From contig JBAZKM010000004.1 in the NCBI GenBank assembly GCA_041650805.1, positions 41,636-105,635 of the forward strand: DNA of 64,000 nt, in the 5' to 3' direction. The DNA comes from Candidatus Omnitrophota bacterium (GTDB lineage Bacteria > Omnitrophota > Gorgyraeia > 2-01-FULL-45-10). The notes under the pieces were generated by a model, which saw nothing but the letters and a program-made list of their open reading frames with translations, did no database searches and was not told the DNA's origin. The position numbers and the translations under genes are program-made. This document shows, piece after piece, positions 37,512 through 52,620 of this stretch. Positions within the stretch are counted from its first letter, which is position 1. Each line of letters starts with the position of its first letter.

Positions 37512-38479
37512 TCTACGACCTTCACCTTTTCTGTCTTATCGGGGGATGAATAGTACCCTATCAGGTACTGTACGGCGCTGAAGTCCTTGTCGGAAAAGAG
37601 GGCGGCGTTGCCGCGCATCCGCTCTTCGAGCTTCTTCATGGCGTCCACATAGTAGGTATCCGCTATCCTGATCTTCGCCTGGGCCCTTTCGAACTCGCCG
37701 GCATAGCTCCCGCTCATGGAATACCCCTGGACCTGCAGGTCGATCGCTTCCTGCCGCTGCTGTATGGCGGTCGAGAAGATATCTATCATCTCGAGAGGCG
37801 GTTTGATGGCCGTCCTGTCATCGAGCTCTTCCAGGAGCTTTGAGCACTTGTCGAAATACTCCTTGGCCAGGTATATCTCGTAGTTCACGTCGTACCGTAT
37901 CGTGGCGCCGCCTTCGTTCTTCACCGCGCCGGTGGCTGAAGCGCCGTTCAGGAACGCGTTGTTCCCGTTCGAATATTCCTTGGATAAGAGATAGATGAAG
38001 TCGATCGCGAGGCGGTAAAAATTGTACTCCGTCTTCGCCGCGTCTATGTTAAGGAGGTTGTTCTGGGCTTCGGCGAAATTCTTGTTCAGCTGCAGCGCCT
38101 GTTGGAACGCCTTCTTGGCGTTCTCAAAGAGCCCCTCTTTCTCGAAGATGAGGCCGAGCATATTGTGGGCCTCCGGCTCCCTGGGGTCGGCATCTATGGC
38201 CTTCCTTATCATCTCTTCCGCATTCTGGAAATCTTTCTTCTTATAATAGGCCGCGCCGAGACCGTAAGAGGCATCGAAATTATCCGGCTCCATGACAAGC
38301 GCCTTCTTGAACTCCTTGATCGCGTCGTTGAGCTTGCCCTTCCCCAGATACCCCTCCCCTGAGGCGACCAGGTCCCCCGCGGTCTTCGTCCCTTCTTTCC
38401 ATTTGGTGCATCCGGTCATTAAATATGCCGCGCAGAAAAAGAGAATCATCGCGAAAATCAATCCTTTAGGCGTTCTCAT
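37508..38479 (-). CDS. TPR-repeat lipoprotein
   Basis: Lipobox (LMTGC) after the signal peptide, then several TPR repeats. Start placed at MRTPKGL to avoid tRNA-Glu. Confidence 0.5.
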   Translation of the reverse strand: MRTPKGLIFAMILFFCAAYLMTGCTKWKEGTKTAGDLVASGEGYLGKGKLNDAIKEFKKALVMEPDNFDASYGLGAAYYKKKDFQNAEEMIRKAIDADPREPEAHNMLGLIFEKEGLFENAKKAFQQALQLNKNFAEAQNNLLNIDAAKTEYNFYRLAIDFIYLLSKEYSNGNNAFLNGASATGAVKNEGGATIRYDVNYEIYLAKEYFDKCSKLLEELDDRTAIKPPLEMIDIFSTAIQQRQEAIDLQVQGYSMSGSYAGEFERAQAKIRIADTYYVDAMKKLEERMRGNAALFSDKDFSAVQYLIGYYSSPDKTEKVKVVE

Positions 38480-38494
38480 GTTTTTCTCCTTAAC

Positions 38495-38572
38495 TGGCGT
38501 CCCCACCCGGATTTGAACCGGGGTCATCAGAATGAAAATCTGATGTCCTAGACCAGGCTAGACGATGGGGAC
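38495..38572 (-). tRNA. tRNA-Glu (anticodon TTC)
   Basis: GTCCCCATCGTCTAGCCTGGTCTAGGACATCAGATTTTCATTCTGATGACCCCGGTTCAAATCCGGGTGGGGACGCCA. Closely resembles E. coli tRNA-Glu. Confidence 0.8.
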
Positions 38573-38634
38573 GCTTTCAAACAATTTCAAATTACCAATG
38601 TCAAATTAATTGGATATTTGTAATTTGTCATTGG

Positions 38635-41109
<2,475 letters not shown>

Positions 41110-41133
41110 TTTTCTCCTCGTTATAGAACCGTT

Positions 41134-41205
41134 GGTCCATAGTCGATAGTCCATGGTCCATAGTAAAAACTTTGGCCGTCGACTGTGGACCGTGGACTGT
41201 TGACC
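41134..41205. repeat. heptamer-based palindromic REP-like element in the gyrB-gyrA intergenic region
   Basis: ggtccat agtcgat agtccat ggtccat ag ...loop... gtcgact gtggacc gtggact gttgacc (imperfect inverted arms). Confidence 0.5.
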
Positions 41206-41222
41206 CGTTCATTTTTCGTATA

Positions 41223-43748
<2,526 letters not shown>

Positions 43749-43756
43749 TTAAGATA

Positions 43757-44059
43757 CTACACATCCCCTATCCTGAACCTCACGTTCCTTATCTTCTTTT
43801 TCTTCAGCTTCACCGAGAGCTTTTTGAGTATATCTTTCTTCTTCAGCGTCAATTCGTACAGCCACCCCGAGTCGTCCACGTTCACCACGAGCTCCGCCCT
43901 TCGTATGGCGACGGGCCGCGTGTGGCAGGCGGCCTTCCTGCCGGCCGCCCGGCGCCATGCGGCCCTTATATCCTCCTCCGTGACCGCCTTATCTTTCTTC
44001 AGGCCGGCTATTATATTTTCCAGTACGCCGTCCAGCGGCCCCTTAGGAGATCCGGCCAT
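43757..44059 (-). CDS. dciA: DUF721 / DciA-like protein (putative replicative helicase loader)
   Basis: 100-aa basic protein between dnaN and gyrB, the typical DUF721 position and size. Confidence 0.5.
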   Translation of the reverse strand: MAGSPKGPLDGVLENIIAGLKKDKAVTEEDIRAAWRRAAGRKAACHTRPVAIRRAELVVNVDDSGWLYELTLKKKDILKKLSVKLKKKKIRNVRFRIGDV

Positions 44060-44069
44060 GGCGCATCAC

Positions 44070-45167
44070 TTACGTAAGCTGCATCGGTAATACGACATAT
44101 ACATACTCGGTGCCTATCCTAACGACGCCCGGCTTCTCGGGATCGGCTACCTCAAAATGTATCTCGCCGACATCCGCGTTCTTCAGTATGTCCACGAGAT
44201 AGTCGGGGTTGAACCCTATGGAGATATCCTTCCCTTTATAATCGACGTCGAGCTCTACGCGCGCCTCCCCAAGATACGGCGCGCTCTTCAACAGGACCAT
44301 CTTGTCGCGCGCGAGGTCCAGCTTCACCGCCTTCGACTCCGGGTTGGTGAAGAGCGCCACCCTCTTCAGCGCCGATAAAAATTTATCCCTGGAGACGACT
44401 ATCTTCTCTTTCGTCTCTTTGGGCACAACCTGTTCATAATTGGGGAAATCACCTTCTATCAACCTTGATATGACGCGGGTGGACCCGACCTCGAAGAGCG
44501 TCTGGTTATCCCCGAAACTTATCTTCACTTCGCCTTCGTCCGTCAAGACCCTGAGCAACTCATTCACGGTCTTTGTGGGCACTATCATCTTTCTCTCCAG
44601 CGCCTTCGGGAACTGCATCTTCTCTTCCACCATCGCGAGCCGTCTCCCGTCGGTGGCAACGAGCCGTATATATGCCGGTTTTATCACGAAGAGTACGCCG
44701 TTCAGGACATACCTGGTCTCGTCGCTGCTTATGGCGAATACCGTCATGCCCAGCATCGCTTTTAACTTCTTCTGTTCCAGCATGATGAAGTCCTTGTTTT
44801 TAAACTCCGGGAGTTGCGGGAACTCGTCTTTGGGCAGCCCCATTATCTTAAAGGTGTTTTTGTCGCATTCAATGTGGATCATGTTGTTCTTTTTGACCGA
44901 CACGGATATATCTTCGTTTTCCGGCAGCTCTTTTATGATGTCGGCGAATTTCTTCGCGGGGATCGTTATGTTCCCTTCGATCGCGGGTTTTATCTGGATA
45001 GCCGATACTATACCTATATCGAAATCTGTTGCCGTAAATACGATATTTTCGCCGGCTGCTTCAACGAGTATGTTGGTCAATATAGGTGAGCTGCTCTTTG
45101 CGTTGATAGCGTTCTGGACGCTTTGTATGCCTTTAAGTAAGATATCTTTTTTTGTGTTGAATTTCAT
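44070..45167 (-). CDS. dnaN: DNA polymerase III beta sliding clamp
   Basis: 365 aa three-domain clamp. MKFNTKKDILLKGIQSVQNAI. Confidence 0.9.
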   Translation of the reverse strand: MKFNTKKDILLKGIQSVQNAINAKSSSPILTNILVEAAGENIVFTATDFDIGIVSAIQIKPAIEGNITIPAKKFADIIKELPENEDISVSVKKNNMIHIECDKNTFKIMGLPKDEFPQLPEFKNKDFIMLEQKKLKAMLGMTVFAISSDETRYVLNGVLFVIKPAYIRLVATDGRRLAMVEEKMQFPKALERKMIVPTKTVNELLRVLTDEGEVKISFGDNQTLFEVGSTRVISRLIEGDFPNYEQVVPKETKEKIVVSRDKFLSALKRVALFTNPESKAVKLDLARDKMVLLKSAPYLGEARVELDVDYKGKDISIGFNPDYLVDILKNADVGEIHFEVADPEKPGVVRIGTEYVYVVLPMQLT

Positions 45168-45334
45168 TATCTTTCGTCTCCTGTTAGTTCTACTTATCTT
45201 TTATAACAAATAGCAGCAGCACTTAGCAGTAGGGTCTGTTGATAAGTGAGTAAGTCATCAACCCCAATAGGAACAACGGATTGAAACCCGGGAGCATGAG
45301 CAATATTATAAATACTTATCAACATGATCAACAA

Positions 45335-46711
45335 TCAACTTTTAATATTTTTAATAAGCTTGTCGGTTATATCCCTTAAACCCTCTTTTGACTTAAGGTC
45401 GTTCTCTATCTTTTCACAGGCGTGTATAACGGTCGTGTGGTCCCTGCCCCCGAAGTTCTCACCTATCTCAGGTAAAGAGTAATCGGTCAGTTTGCGCGTG
45501 AGGTACATCGCGATCTGGCGCGGGTAAGCGACCGCCTTACTCCTGTTCTTCGCCTTCATGACAGAAAGTTTTATGTCGAAATATTCGCTCACCTTCTTCT
45601 GGATGAGCTCGATGGTGATCTTCTTCTCCCCCTCCACTATCATATCTTTCAGCACCTCCCTGGCAAGGTCCAGGGAGACATCCCTTCCTATGAGCTTGGA
45701 ATAAGCGACTACGCGTATAAGCGCGCCTTCCAGTTCCCTGATATTCGTCTTTATCTTCTCTCCCAGGAAGTAGAAAACGTCGTCGGGGAGCGCGATCGTC
45801 TCTTTTTCGGACTTCTTTTTCAGTATGGCGATCCTCGTCTCAAAATCGGGCGGCTGTATATCGGTGACGAGTCCCCACTCGAACCGCGATACGAGCCGGT
45901 CCTCGAGGTTCTGGATCTCTTTCGGCGGCCGGTCGCTGGAGACGACGATCTGCTTATGGGCGTCGAAAAGGGCGTTGAACGTGTGGAAGAACTCTTCCTG
46001 CGTCGACTCCTTGCCGGCGATGAACTGGATATCGTCTATCAGAAGGATGTCCACGTACCTGTACTTCTCCCGGAATTTCTGGGTGGTCCTGTTCTGGATG
46101 GCGCCTATGAGCTGGTTCGTGAACTCCTCGCTCGATATGTAGAGGATCTTCGTCTTGGGGAACTTCTGGACGGCGCTCTGCCCTATGGCGTGCATCAGGT
46201 GCGTTTTGCCCAATCCTACACCGCCGTATATGAAGAGCGGGTTGTACGCCTTTGCGGGGGATTCGCAGACGGCCATCGACGCGGCATGGGCGAACCGGTT
46301 GCTTGACCCGACGACGAAGCTCTCGAACGTATACTTGGGGTTGAGGCCTATCTCTTTCGGCGAGTCCGGGTTCTGGCGCGCGAACGGCCAGAACGGCTTC
46401 TCTTTCTTCGGCTCTTTTTTACGCGCGGGGTCTTCCCGCAGGGCCTCTTCGTCGCCCATCTCCTTGAGAGCGAATTCTACGCCGAGCTCTTTGCCGACGG
46501 CCTTTGCTATGCACGAACGTATCACATCCATGTACCGCTCGAGAAGCCAGCTCTTGAAGAACTTATTCGGGACTTCCAAAGTTATCGTGTCGGCGTTTAT
46601 GGATGAGCACCGTATCGGGCCGAACCAGATATCGAACGTCCGGTCGTTAGCGAGCTCCTTTTTGATCATCTCCCGGGCCTTGACCCATACGGCTCCGCCG
46701 TCAATCGCCAT
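45335..46711 (-). CDS. dnaA: chromosomal replication initiator protein
   Basis: Walker A GGVGLGKTHL, AAA+ boxes, C-terminal DnaA-box binding HTH (RDHTTVIHACEKI). Confidence 0.9.
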   Translation of the reverse strand: MAIDGGAVWVKAREMIKKELANDRTFDIWFGPIRCSSINADTITLEVPNKFFKSWLLERYMDVIRSCIAKAVGKELGVEFALKEMGDEEALREDPARKKEPKKEKPFWPFARQNPDSPKEIGLNPKYTFESFVVGSSNRFAHAASMAVCESPAKAYNPLFIYGGVGLGKTHLMHAIGQSAVQKFPKTKILYISSEEFTNQLIGAIQNRTTQKFREKYRYVDILLIDDIQFIAGKESTQEEFFHTFNALFDAHKQIVVSSDRPPKEIQNLEDRLVSRFEWGLVTDIQPPDFETRIAILKKKSEKETIALPDDVFYFLGEKIKTNIRELEGALIRVVAYSKLIGRDVSLDLAREVLKDMIVEGEKKITIELIQKKVSEYFDIKLSVMKAKNRSKAVAYPRQIAMYLTRKLTDYSLPEIGENFGGRDHTTVIHACEKIENDLKSKEGLRDITDKLIKNIKS

Positions 46712-46966
46712 AATATAGGACCTTACTTTGAGTTATCCACAACCCAATAACAACTTTTCAACACGAAAAAGGGGTTATCCACAAGTTACAAACAAGCATC
46801 GCAGCCGCGACGTTCAGTTATTATAGTAGATTATATAAAGTAGTGCAAGAGAAAAATGAGCCCGCCATTAAATGTATTGACTCAATTATTCTTTATGATA
46901 TAATTTAGCACACGCAATTTTGCTTTCGGGGGAAGACCGTCAGCTTAAAACAGGAAAGGGATGACC
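46712..46966. promoter_or_regulatory. oriC-like region with DnaA boxes
   Basis: Perfect TTATCCACA at 46733-46741 and 46775-46783, plus an AT-rich stretch at 46815-46860. Variant boxes TTATCAACA also occur in the dnaA-dnaN spacer (about 45215-45320). Confidence 0.55.
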
Positions 46967-47104
46967 ATGAAGTATACGCTAAGGGCGAAATCGAACCTCA
47001 GGAGAAAGAGAAAGCACGGGTTCAGGAAGAGGATGAAGGACCGCTGGGGCAGGGCCGTTCTGAAGAGGAGACGACAGAAAGGCCGGCACAAGCTCACCGT
47101 ATGA
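46967..47104 (+). CDS. rpmH: 50S ribosomal protein L34
   Basis: [45 protein letters not shown]. The ORF has no stop-free run long enough to appear in the ORF track. Confidence 0.85.
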   Translation: MKYTLRAKSNLRRKRKHGFRKRMKDRWGRAVLKRRRQKGRHKLTV

Positions 47105-47460
47105 TCTCCGACGGAGATTTTCCGAAAGAAGAACATCTTTTAAAGACAGGGGATTTCAGGAAGGTCTATAAGAACGGGTCGGCCCACAAGAGGGACCCCC
47201 TCTTTTTGTACCGCCTGCCGAACGCCGGGGAGACGATAAGGGTCGGTTTCTCGGTGAGCTCGCGCAGCATAAAACTGGCGACAAGACGGAACAGGATAAA
47301 GCGGCTTTTGCGCGAGGCATACCGGTTGAACAAGGCGAAGCTTAAAAAAGGGTTCGATATAGTCATAGTGGTGCGCAGGGATCCGTCCCCCGCATTGGCT
47401 TATAAAGATATAGAGAAGAAGTTCCTGGGCGTTGCCGGAGAGGCGGGTATATTGAAGTGA
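47101..47460 (+). CDS. rnpA: RNase P protein component
   Basis: ATGA overlap with rpmH. RNR motif region [23 protein letters not shown]. Confidence 0.85.
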   Translation: MISDGDFPKEEHLLKTGDFRKVYKNGSAHKRDPLFLYRLPNAGETIRVGFSVSSRSIKLATRRNRIKRLLREAYRLNKAKLKKGFDIVIVVRRDPSPALAYKDIEKKFLGVAGEAGILK

Positions 47461-47666
47461 AGAAGATAGCCATTTGCATGCTGAAGTTATATCGTAACTA
47501 TCTATCACCATTGAAGTTACAATGCTGCAGGTTTTACCCATCCTGTTCGGAATACGCCATCGGGGCCATAGAGAAACACGGCCTTTTATCCGGCGGCCTG
47601 AAGAGCATAAAGCGCATCCTGAGGTGCAACCCGTTCTCGCAAGGCGGGTACGATCCTGTCAAATAA
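47457..47666 (+). CDS. yidD: membrane protein insertion efficiency factor
   Basis: YRNYLSPL...[11 protein letters not shown] signature. Confidence 0.8.
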   Translation: MKKIAICMLKLYRNYLSPLKLQCCRFYPSCSEYAIGAIEKHGLLSGGLKSIKRILRCNPFSQGGYDPVK

Positions 47667-47682
47667 GAGAGAGTAATATATC

Positions 47683-49290
47683 ATGGAAAAACGGCTTGTC
47701 CTGGCAGTGGCATTATCGATATTGATCATCGTCTCATTCCAGTACTTCTTCGTGAAACCTCCTGTCCGCGCGCCGGATGTAAAGGGTGTGGTGAAGGAAG
47801 ATACGGCGCCCGTCCGGGCCGTTGTTAAGGAAGCGGCGGAACTGCCCCCATCCTTAGAGGCGCCCTCAAATATCGCTTTCGAAGAGGAAGAGCTTGAGGC
47901 AGATGCCGGGAAATATATCCTAACCTTCAGCAACGTCGGCGGTTCAATAAAAAAGATACGCCTGAAAGAGCATAAGAACCCGCATTCCACCGAAATGTTA
48001 GATTTGGTTGATCTAACAAATCCAAAGATGTATGTATTCTCTTTCTCCGATTCGACAGGCTCCCTCCCTTTCGACACAATAAAATATAATATCGAGAAGA
48101 GCGGTGACGATATAATCGCTTCTGCCAGGATAGGCGATATCGAAGTTGTGAAAAGATATGTATTACATAACTCTAAGCATATCATAGAGTTAGATATAGC
48201 AATAAAGAATATATCCGGCTCCTCGAGATCTTTCGGTTACAGAATAATAGGTGGTTCTGGGCTTAAAGAGCCGGATCCACAGGATGTAAGATTTATTGAA
48301 GTAAGATCCAAGGTGAACGGCATCATATTAAATTTTAAACATCCGAAGAAGGGGCGTATTACAAACCCCGGCATAGTGAGTTGGACCGCCATCAAGAATA
48401 AGTACTTCTGTATCGTGATGAAACCGTTCGGCGCGACGAAAGACCAGTTCTATAGCGAGGCGAAAGACGGTCTATTCAGCACAGGTATAGAATCGCCCTT
48501 GATCGAGATCCCATCGGGATCCGTTGTATCTCAGAAATTCATTCTTTATGCGGGGCCAAGCCAGATATCCCTGCTGAAGGAAGTGGGATTCGAATTTGCA
48601 GAGAGTGTAGATTATGGATTTTTCGGCGGGATAAGCAGGGCGCTCATAGCTGTGATGCGATTCTTCTATTTCCTTTTACATAGTTGGGGTCTATCCATAA
48701 TCCTCCTCTCCATATTTTTAAACCTTATACTATCCCCTCTCACATTTAAAAGTTTTAAATCTATGCAGAAGATGCAGGCCCTCCATCCGCAGATGGAGAA
48801 ATTGAAGGCACAGCATAAAGACAACCCGCAGAAATTGAATAAAGAGATGCTGGAGTTGTATAAAAAATATAAGATAAATCCTTTAAGCGGCTGTCTGCCG
48901 ATGCTCCTGCAGATGCCGATATTCATCGCCCTGTATAACGCGCTTATACGGTCTATAGAATTACGCGGGAGCACATTCTTATGGATAAGAGATCTCTCTC
49001 TGCCGGATGCGGTTAAGATCCCGATCACATTACCGATATTCGGTGACAGCATAAATATTCTGCCGCTCCTGATGGTCGGAGCCATGGTACTTCAACAGAA
49101 TATGTCTACAAAGCAGATGGGCAGCGCCGTTACCGATGAGCAGAAACAGCAACAGCGGATGATGTTGATAGTTATGCCTATCGTATTCGGGTTCATATTC
49201 TATAATATGCCATCCGGGCTCGTGTTATACTGGATAATAAATACGGTATTGACCGTTGTCGAGCAATACGCGATATTTAAGAATATATAA
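47683..49290 (+). CDS. yidC: membrane protein insertase YidC
   Basis: Periplasmic domain followed by the 5-TM core. Sits in the conserved rpmH-rnpA-yidD-yidC context. Confidence 0.85.
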   Translation: MEKRLVLAVALSILIIVSFQYFFVKPPVRAPDVKGVVKEDTAPVRAVVKEAAELPPSLEAPSNIAFEEEELEADAGKYILTFSNVGGSIKKIRLKEHKNPHSTEMLDLVDLTNPKMYVFSFSDSTGSLPFDTIKYNIEKSGDDIIASARIGDIEVVKRYVLHNSKHIIELDIAIKNISGSSRSFGYRIIGGSGLKEPDPQDVRFIEVRSKVNGIILNFKHPKKGRITNPGIVSWTAIKNKYFCIVMKPFGATKDQFYSEAKDGLFSTGIESPLIEIPSGSVVSQKFILYAGPSQISLLKEVGFEFAESVDYGFFGGISRALIAVMRFFYFLLHSWGLSIILLSIFLNLILSPLTFKSFKSMQKMQALHPQMEKLKAQHKDNPQKLNKEMLELYKKYKINPLSGCLPMLLQMPIFIALYNALIRSIELRGSTFLWIRDLSLPDAVKIPITLPIFGDSINILPLLMVGAMVLQQNMSTKQMGSAVTDEQKQQQRMMLIVMPIVFGFIFYNMPSGLVLYWIINTVLTVVEQYAIFKNI

Positions 49291-49305
49291 AAGATCGTCA
49301 AAAGC

Positions 49306-49334
49306 TTGACAAAAGACGGTTATTCAGGTATATT
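49306..49334 (+). promoter_or_regulatory. putative sigma70 promoter for parAB
   Basis: TTGACA (49306-49311), 17-nt spacer, TATATT (49329-49334). Confidence 0.4.
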
Positions 49335-49370
49335 TCTAGTAAAACGTTCCCCGTGGAACATTCCATAGAC

Positions 49371-50219
49371 ATGGCTAAAGTAATAGCGATATGTAATCAA
49401 AAAGGCGGTGTTGGAAAGACGACAACCGCAATAAATCTCGCCACTTGCCTTGCCTTATCAGGTATAAAGATACTGCTCATCGATATAGACCCACAGGGCA
49501 ACGCTACAAGCGGTTTAGGAATAGACAAGCATACTATAAAGACGAGCGTCTACGACCTCCTGGTGGACGAATCCGACCCAAAATCGGTCATTTTAAAGAC
49601 CGGCATAGATAACCTTTCCATCATACCGTCAAATTTGAATCTTACAGGCGCAGAGGTTGAGTTGGTTGGCATTATGGGTAGAGAGTATCGGCTCAAAAAG
49701 GCTCTTGCCGCAATAAGCCAGGATTACGATTTCATATTGATAGACTGTCCGCCATCGCTCGGTTTATTGACCATAAATGCTTTATCATCAGCATATTCCG
49801 TACTTATACCGATACAATGCGAATATTATGCACTTGAAGGGCTGAGTCAACTCTCTAATACTATAAATCTGGTAAGAGAAAACCTGAATCCTTCGCTGCT
49901 CATAGAAGGCGTTCTTCTTACGATGGCAGATTTCAGGACTAAGCTTACCAATGAAGTTATAAATGAAGTAAGGAACTTTTTTAAAGAGAAAGTATATAAC
50001 ACTGTGATACCCAGGAATATACGTTTAACAGAAGCGCCCGGTTTTGGGAAACCGATCGCCCTATATGATAAAAATTCGATCGGCGCTCAGAAGTACCAGG
50101 ATTTCACAAATGAATTTTTAGGAGTAAAGAAAGACGGCTCTGTTACTAGCCAGACAAATTTACATAACGATAGTATTGATAGTAACTTACAAAAAGTTGA
50201 GGAAGGAGAAGTTAAATGA
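49371..50219 (+). CDS. parA: chromosome partitioning ATPase ParA/Soj
   Basis: KVIAICNQKGGVGKTTTAINLA deviant Walker A. Confidence 0.85.
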   Translation: MAKVIAICNQKGGVGKTTTAINLATCLALSGIKILLIDIDPQGNATSGLGIDKHTIKTSVYDLLVDESDPKSVILKTGIDNLSIIPSNLNLTGAEVELVGIMGREYRLKKALAAISQDYDFILIDCPPSLGLLTINALSSAYSVLIPIQCEYYALEGLSQLSNTINLVRENLNPSLLIEGVLLTMADFRTKLTNEVINEVRNFFKEKVYNTVIPRNIRLTEAPGFGKPIALYDKNSIGAQKYQDFTNEFLGVKKDGSVTSQTNLHNDSIDSNLQKVEEGEVK

Positions 50220-51076
50220 CTCAAAGCCGAGCTTTAGGTAAAGGGTTGAGCGCACTCATCCCACAAAGGGAAGCGGCAGGTCCGGGTCCCCAGGAACAGG
50301 TGATGAACATCCCGATCTCACAGATAAGGACCAGTAAATATCAACCGCGCCTTGAGTTCAACCAGGAGAGGCTGAATGAACTGGTGAGCTCCATACGGGA
50401 GAAGGGAGTGGTGCAGCCGGTATTGGTCCGGCGTGTCGATAACGGCTATGAGTTGATCGCCGGAGAGCGGAGGCTGCGGGCCGTAAAGAATCTCGGGATC
50501 GCCAACATCCCCGCCATAGTCAGGGAGGTGGGGGAGATCGACATGCTAGAAATGGCGCTCATCGAGAACATACAGCGGGAAGGGCTGAACCCGATGGAGG
50601 AGGCCAACGCATTCCAGCGGTTCGCGACCGATTTTAATTTCACCCAGGAGAAGATAGCAAAGGTCCTCGGCAAGGACCGTTCTACCATTGCAAATACGCT
50701 TCGCCTTCTCGCCCTCCCGAAAAAGATACAGGAGTACATCTCCAAGAATATCCTGACGGCAGGACATGCGAAGGCGCTCCTTGCCCTCCCGACGGAGAGC
50801 GAGCAGCTGCGTGTCGCCACGCTCATAATAAAGAAAGCCCTCTCGGTACGGGAGACGGAACAACTGGTATCCAAAAGGGTCTCCGGCACCAAGAGGAGAC
50901 AGGCGCTCAAGGACCCCCACATAGGGGAGATCGAATCGCGCCTTCAGCAGGCGCTGGGGACCAGGGTGAAGATATTCCACGGGAAGAAGCGCGGGAGGAT
51001 ACAGATCGAATACTATTCTTACGAGGACCTTAACCGCCTCGTCGATATCTTTGCCCAGAAACCGGGCGCCAACTAA
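50216..51076 (+). CDS. parB: chromosome partitioning protein ParB/Spo0J
   Basis: GERR arginine patch (LIAGERRLRA), HTH, C-terminal dimerisation domain. Confidence 0.85.
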   Translation: MTQSRALGKGLSALIPQREAAGPGPQEQVMNIPISQIRTSKYQPRLEFNQERLNELVSSIREKGVVQPVLVRRVDNGYELIAGERRLRAVKNLGIANIPAIVREVGEIDMLEMALIENIQREGLNPMEEANAFQRFATDFNFTQEKIAKVLGKDRSTIANTLRLLALPKKIQEYISKNILTAGHAKALLALPTESEQLRVATLIIKKALSVRETEQLVSKRVSGTKRRQALKDPHIGEIESRLQQALGTRVKIFHGKKRGRIQIEYYSYEDLNRLVDIFAQKPGAN

Positions 51077-51139
51077 TCGGTTGACAGAGAGAGGGTTTTA
51101 TAGTTAAATAAGCATTCCGCATTCCACGGGGGAGGGTAA

Positions 51140-51637
51140 ATGGACCAACAGACGCTTGTATTGATAAAACCGGACGGTCTTAAGAAATCGCTCACCGGCA
51201 ATGTCCTGACCAGGTTATCCGAGACGAAGCTCGATATCGTGGCTGCCAAGATAGTCAAAGTATCGCGCGAGCTCGCCGAGCAGCACTATATATCGCTGAA
51301 AGATAAGCCGTTCTTCGAAGAGCTTCTGAAATATCTCATGGGGGAGTACCATAAGAAGAAGGTCATGGCGCTCGTATACTGGGGGGAGGATGCGATAAAG
51401 AAGGTCAGGACCATCTGCGGCGCGACAAACCCGGAAGAGGCGGATCCCGTCTCCATCAGGGGCGCATACGGCAGGATCACCACGAAGGGTGTCTACGAAA
51501 ACGTCATACACGCCTCGACGAATGACCAGGAATCGGAGCGCGAGATAAAGTTGTGGTTCCAGCCCGACGAGATCATCCTCGACCTCTACCCGACCAAGAC
51601 CGTAAAGACATCGGCCCAGCGGAGAGTGTGGGCGTAA
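51140..51637 (+). CDS. ndk: nucleoside diphosphate kinase
   Basis: LVLIKPDG..., NVIHAS (NxxHxSD-like) active-site region. Confidence 0.75.
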   Translation: MDQQTLVLIKPDGLKKSLTGNVLTRLSETKLDIVAAKIVKVSRELAEQHYISLKDKPFFEELLKYLMGEYHKKKVMALVYWGEDAIKKVRTICGATNPEEADPVSIRGAYGRITTKGVYENVIHASTNDQESEREIKLWFQPDEIILDLYPTKTVKTSAQRRVWA

Positions 51638-51642
51638 AAAGC

Positions 51643-51715
51643 GGTCCACAGTCGACTGTCCATGGTCGACCGTATAAAGCATTTACTGTGGACCATCGAC
51701 TATGGACCGTGGACT
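51643..51715. repeat. heptamer-based palindromic REP-like element between ndk and yicC
   Basis: ggtccac agtcgac tgtccat ggtcgac c ...loop... ctgtggacc atcgact atggacc gtggact (inverted arms). Confidence 0.5.
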
Positions 51716-51738
51716 AACGTAGTTATTACGAGGCGTAA

Positions 51739-52617
51739 ATGATACGATCGATGACAGGGTTCGGGCGGGGCGACGCCAGGGTGAAGAACGGCCAGATCAC
51801 CATCGAAATAAAGACGGTCAATCATAAATTTTTTGACGCCACGTTAAAGCTGCCCAATAATATCTCCACGTTCGAGGACAAGATAAAAGAGGTGATGCAG
51901 AAGAGCGTGGCGCGCGGGAAGATATATATCAACCTCATATATGACGGCGCGCTGGCCAAGGAAGAACGTATAAGCATCAATAAAAGTATCGTTAAAAATT
52001 ATTACGACGAGCTGAAGCGCCTTAAAAAGCATCTCGGGCTGAAAGACGATATCACCATAAAGGATCTGGCCGCGCTCCCCGGGGTCATAAATTATGAAGT
52101 GCGCGAAAAAGGCCTCGGCGAACTCTGGCCGAAGATAAAGAAGGCGCTCGATAAGGCGATCGCGCGGCTCACCGCCGACAGGGAAAAAGAGGGCAGGTCT
52201 ATTTATAACGATCTCAATGCCAGGGCCGGGAAGATAGAAAAGATGCTGACCGTCATAAAGTCGAGAGCGCACACCGGTCTGGACGAGTACCGTAAAAGAT
52301 TCGCGGAGCGCGTGAAGGACATCACCGGCGGGCGCGATATAGACAGGGGCCGGCTCGAGATGGAGGTCGCCATATTCGCGAAGAACAGCGATATATCCGA
52401 AGAGATCACGCGGCTCAAGAGCCACCTGGTGAATTTTAAGAAGACGATATCCGGGAGCGGCGACGTAGGGAAGAAGCTCGATTTCATAGCGCAGGAACTC
52501 CACAGGGAGATCAATACCATCGGTTCCAAGGCGGGCGACTTCAAAATATCGAAGAACGTCATCGAGATAAAGGGCGAGATAGAAAAGATCAGGGAACAGG
52601 CAAAGAACGTAGAGTAG
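51739..52617 (+). CDS. yicC: YicC family stress-induced protein
   Basis: MIRSMTGFGRG hallmark N-terminus. DUF1732 C-terminus. Confidence 0.8.
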   Translation: MIRSMTGFGRGDARVKNGQITIEIKTVNHKFFDATLKLPNNISTFEDKIKEVMQKSVARGKIYINLIYDGALAKEERISINKSIVKNYYDELKRLKKHLGLKDDITIKDLAALPGVINYEVREKGLGELWPKIKKALDKAIARLTADREKEGRSIYNDLNARAGKIEKMLTVIKSRAHTGLDEYRKRFAERVKDITGGRDIDRGRLEMEVAIFAKNSDISEEITRLKSHLVNFKKTISGSGDVGKKLDFIAQELHREINTIGSKAGDFKISKNVIEIKGEIEKIREQAKNVE

Positions 52618-52620
52618 ACG

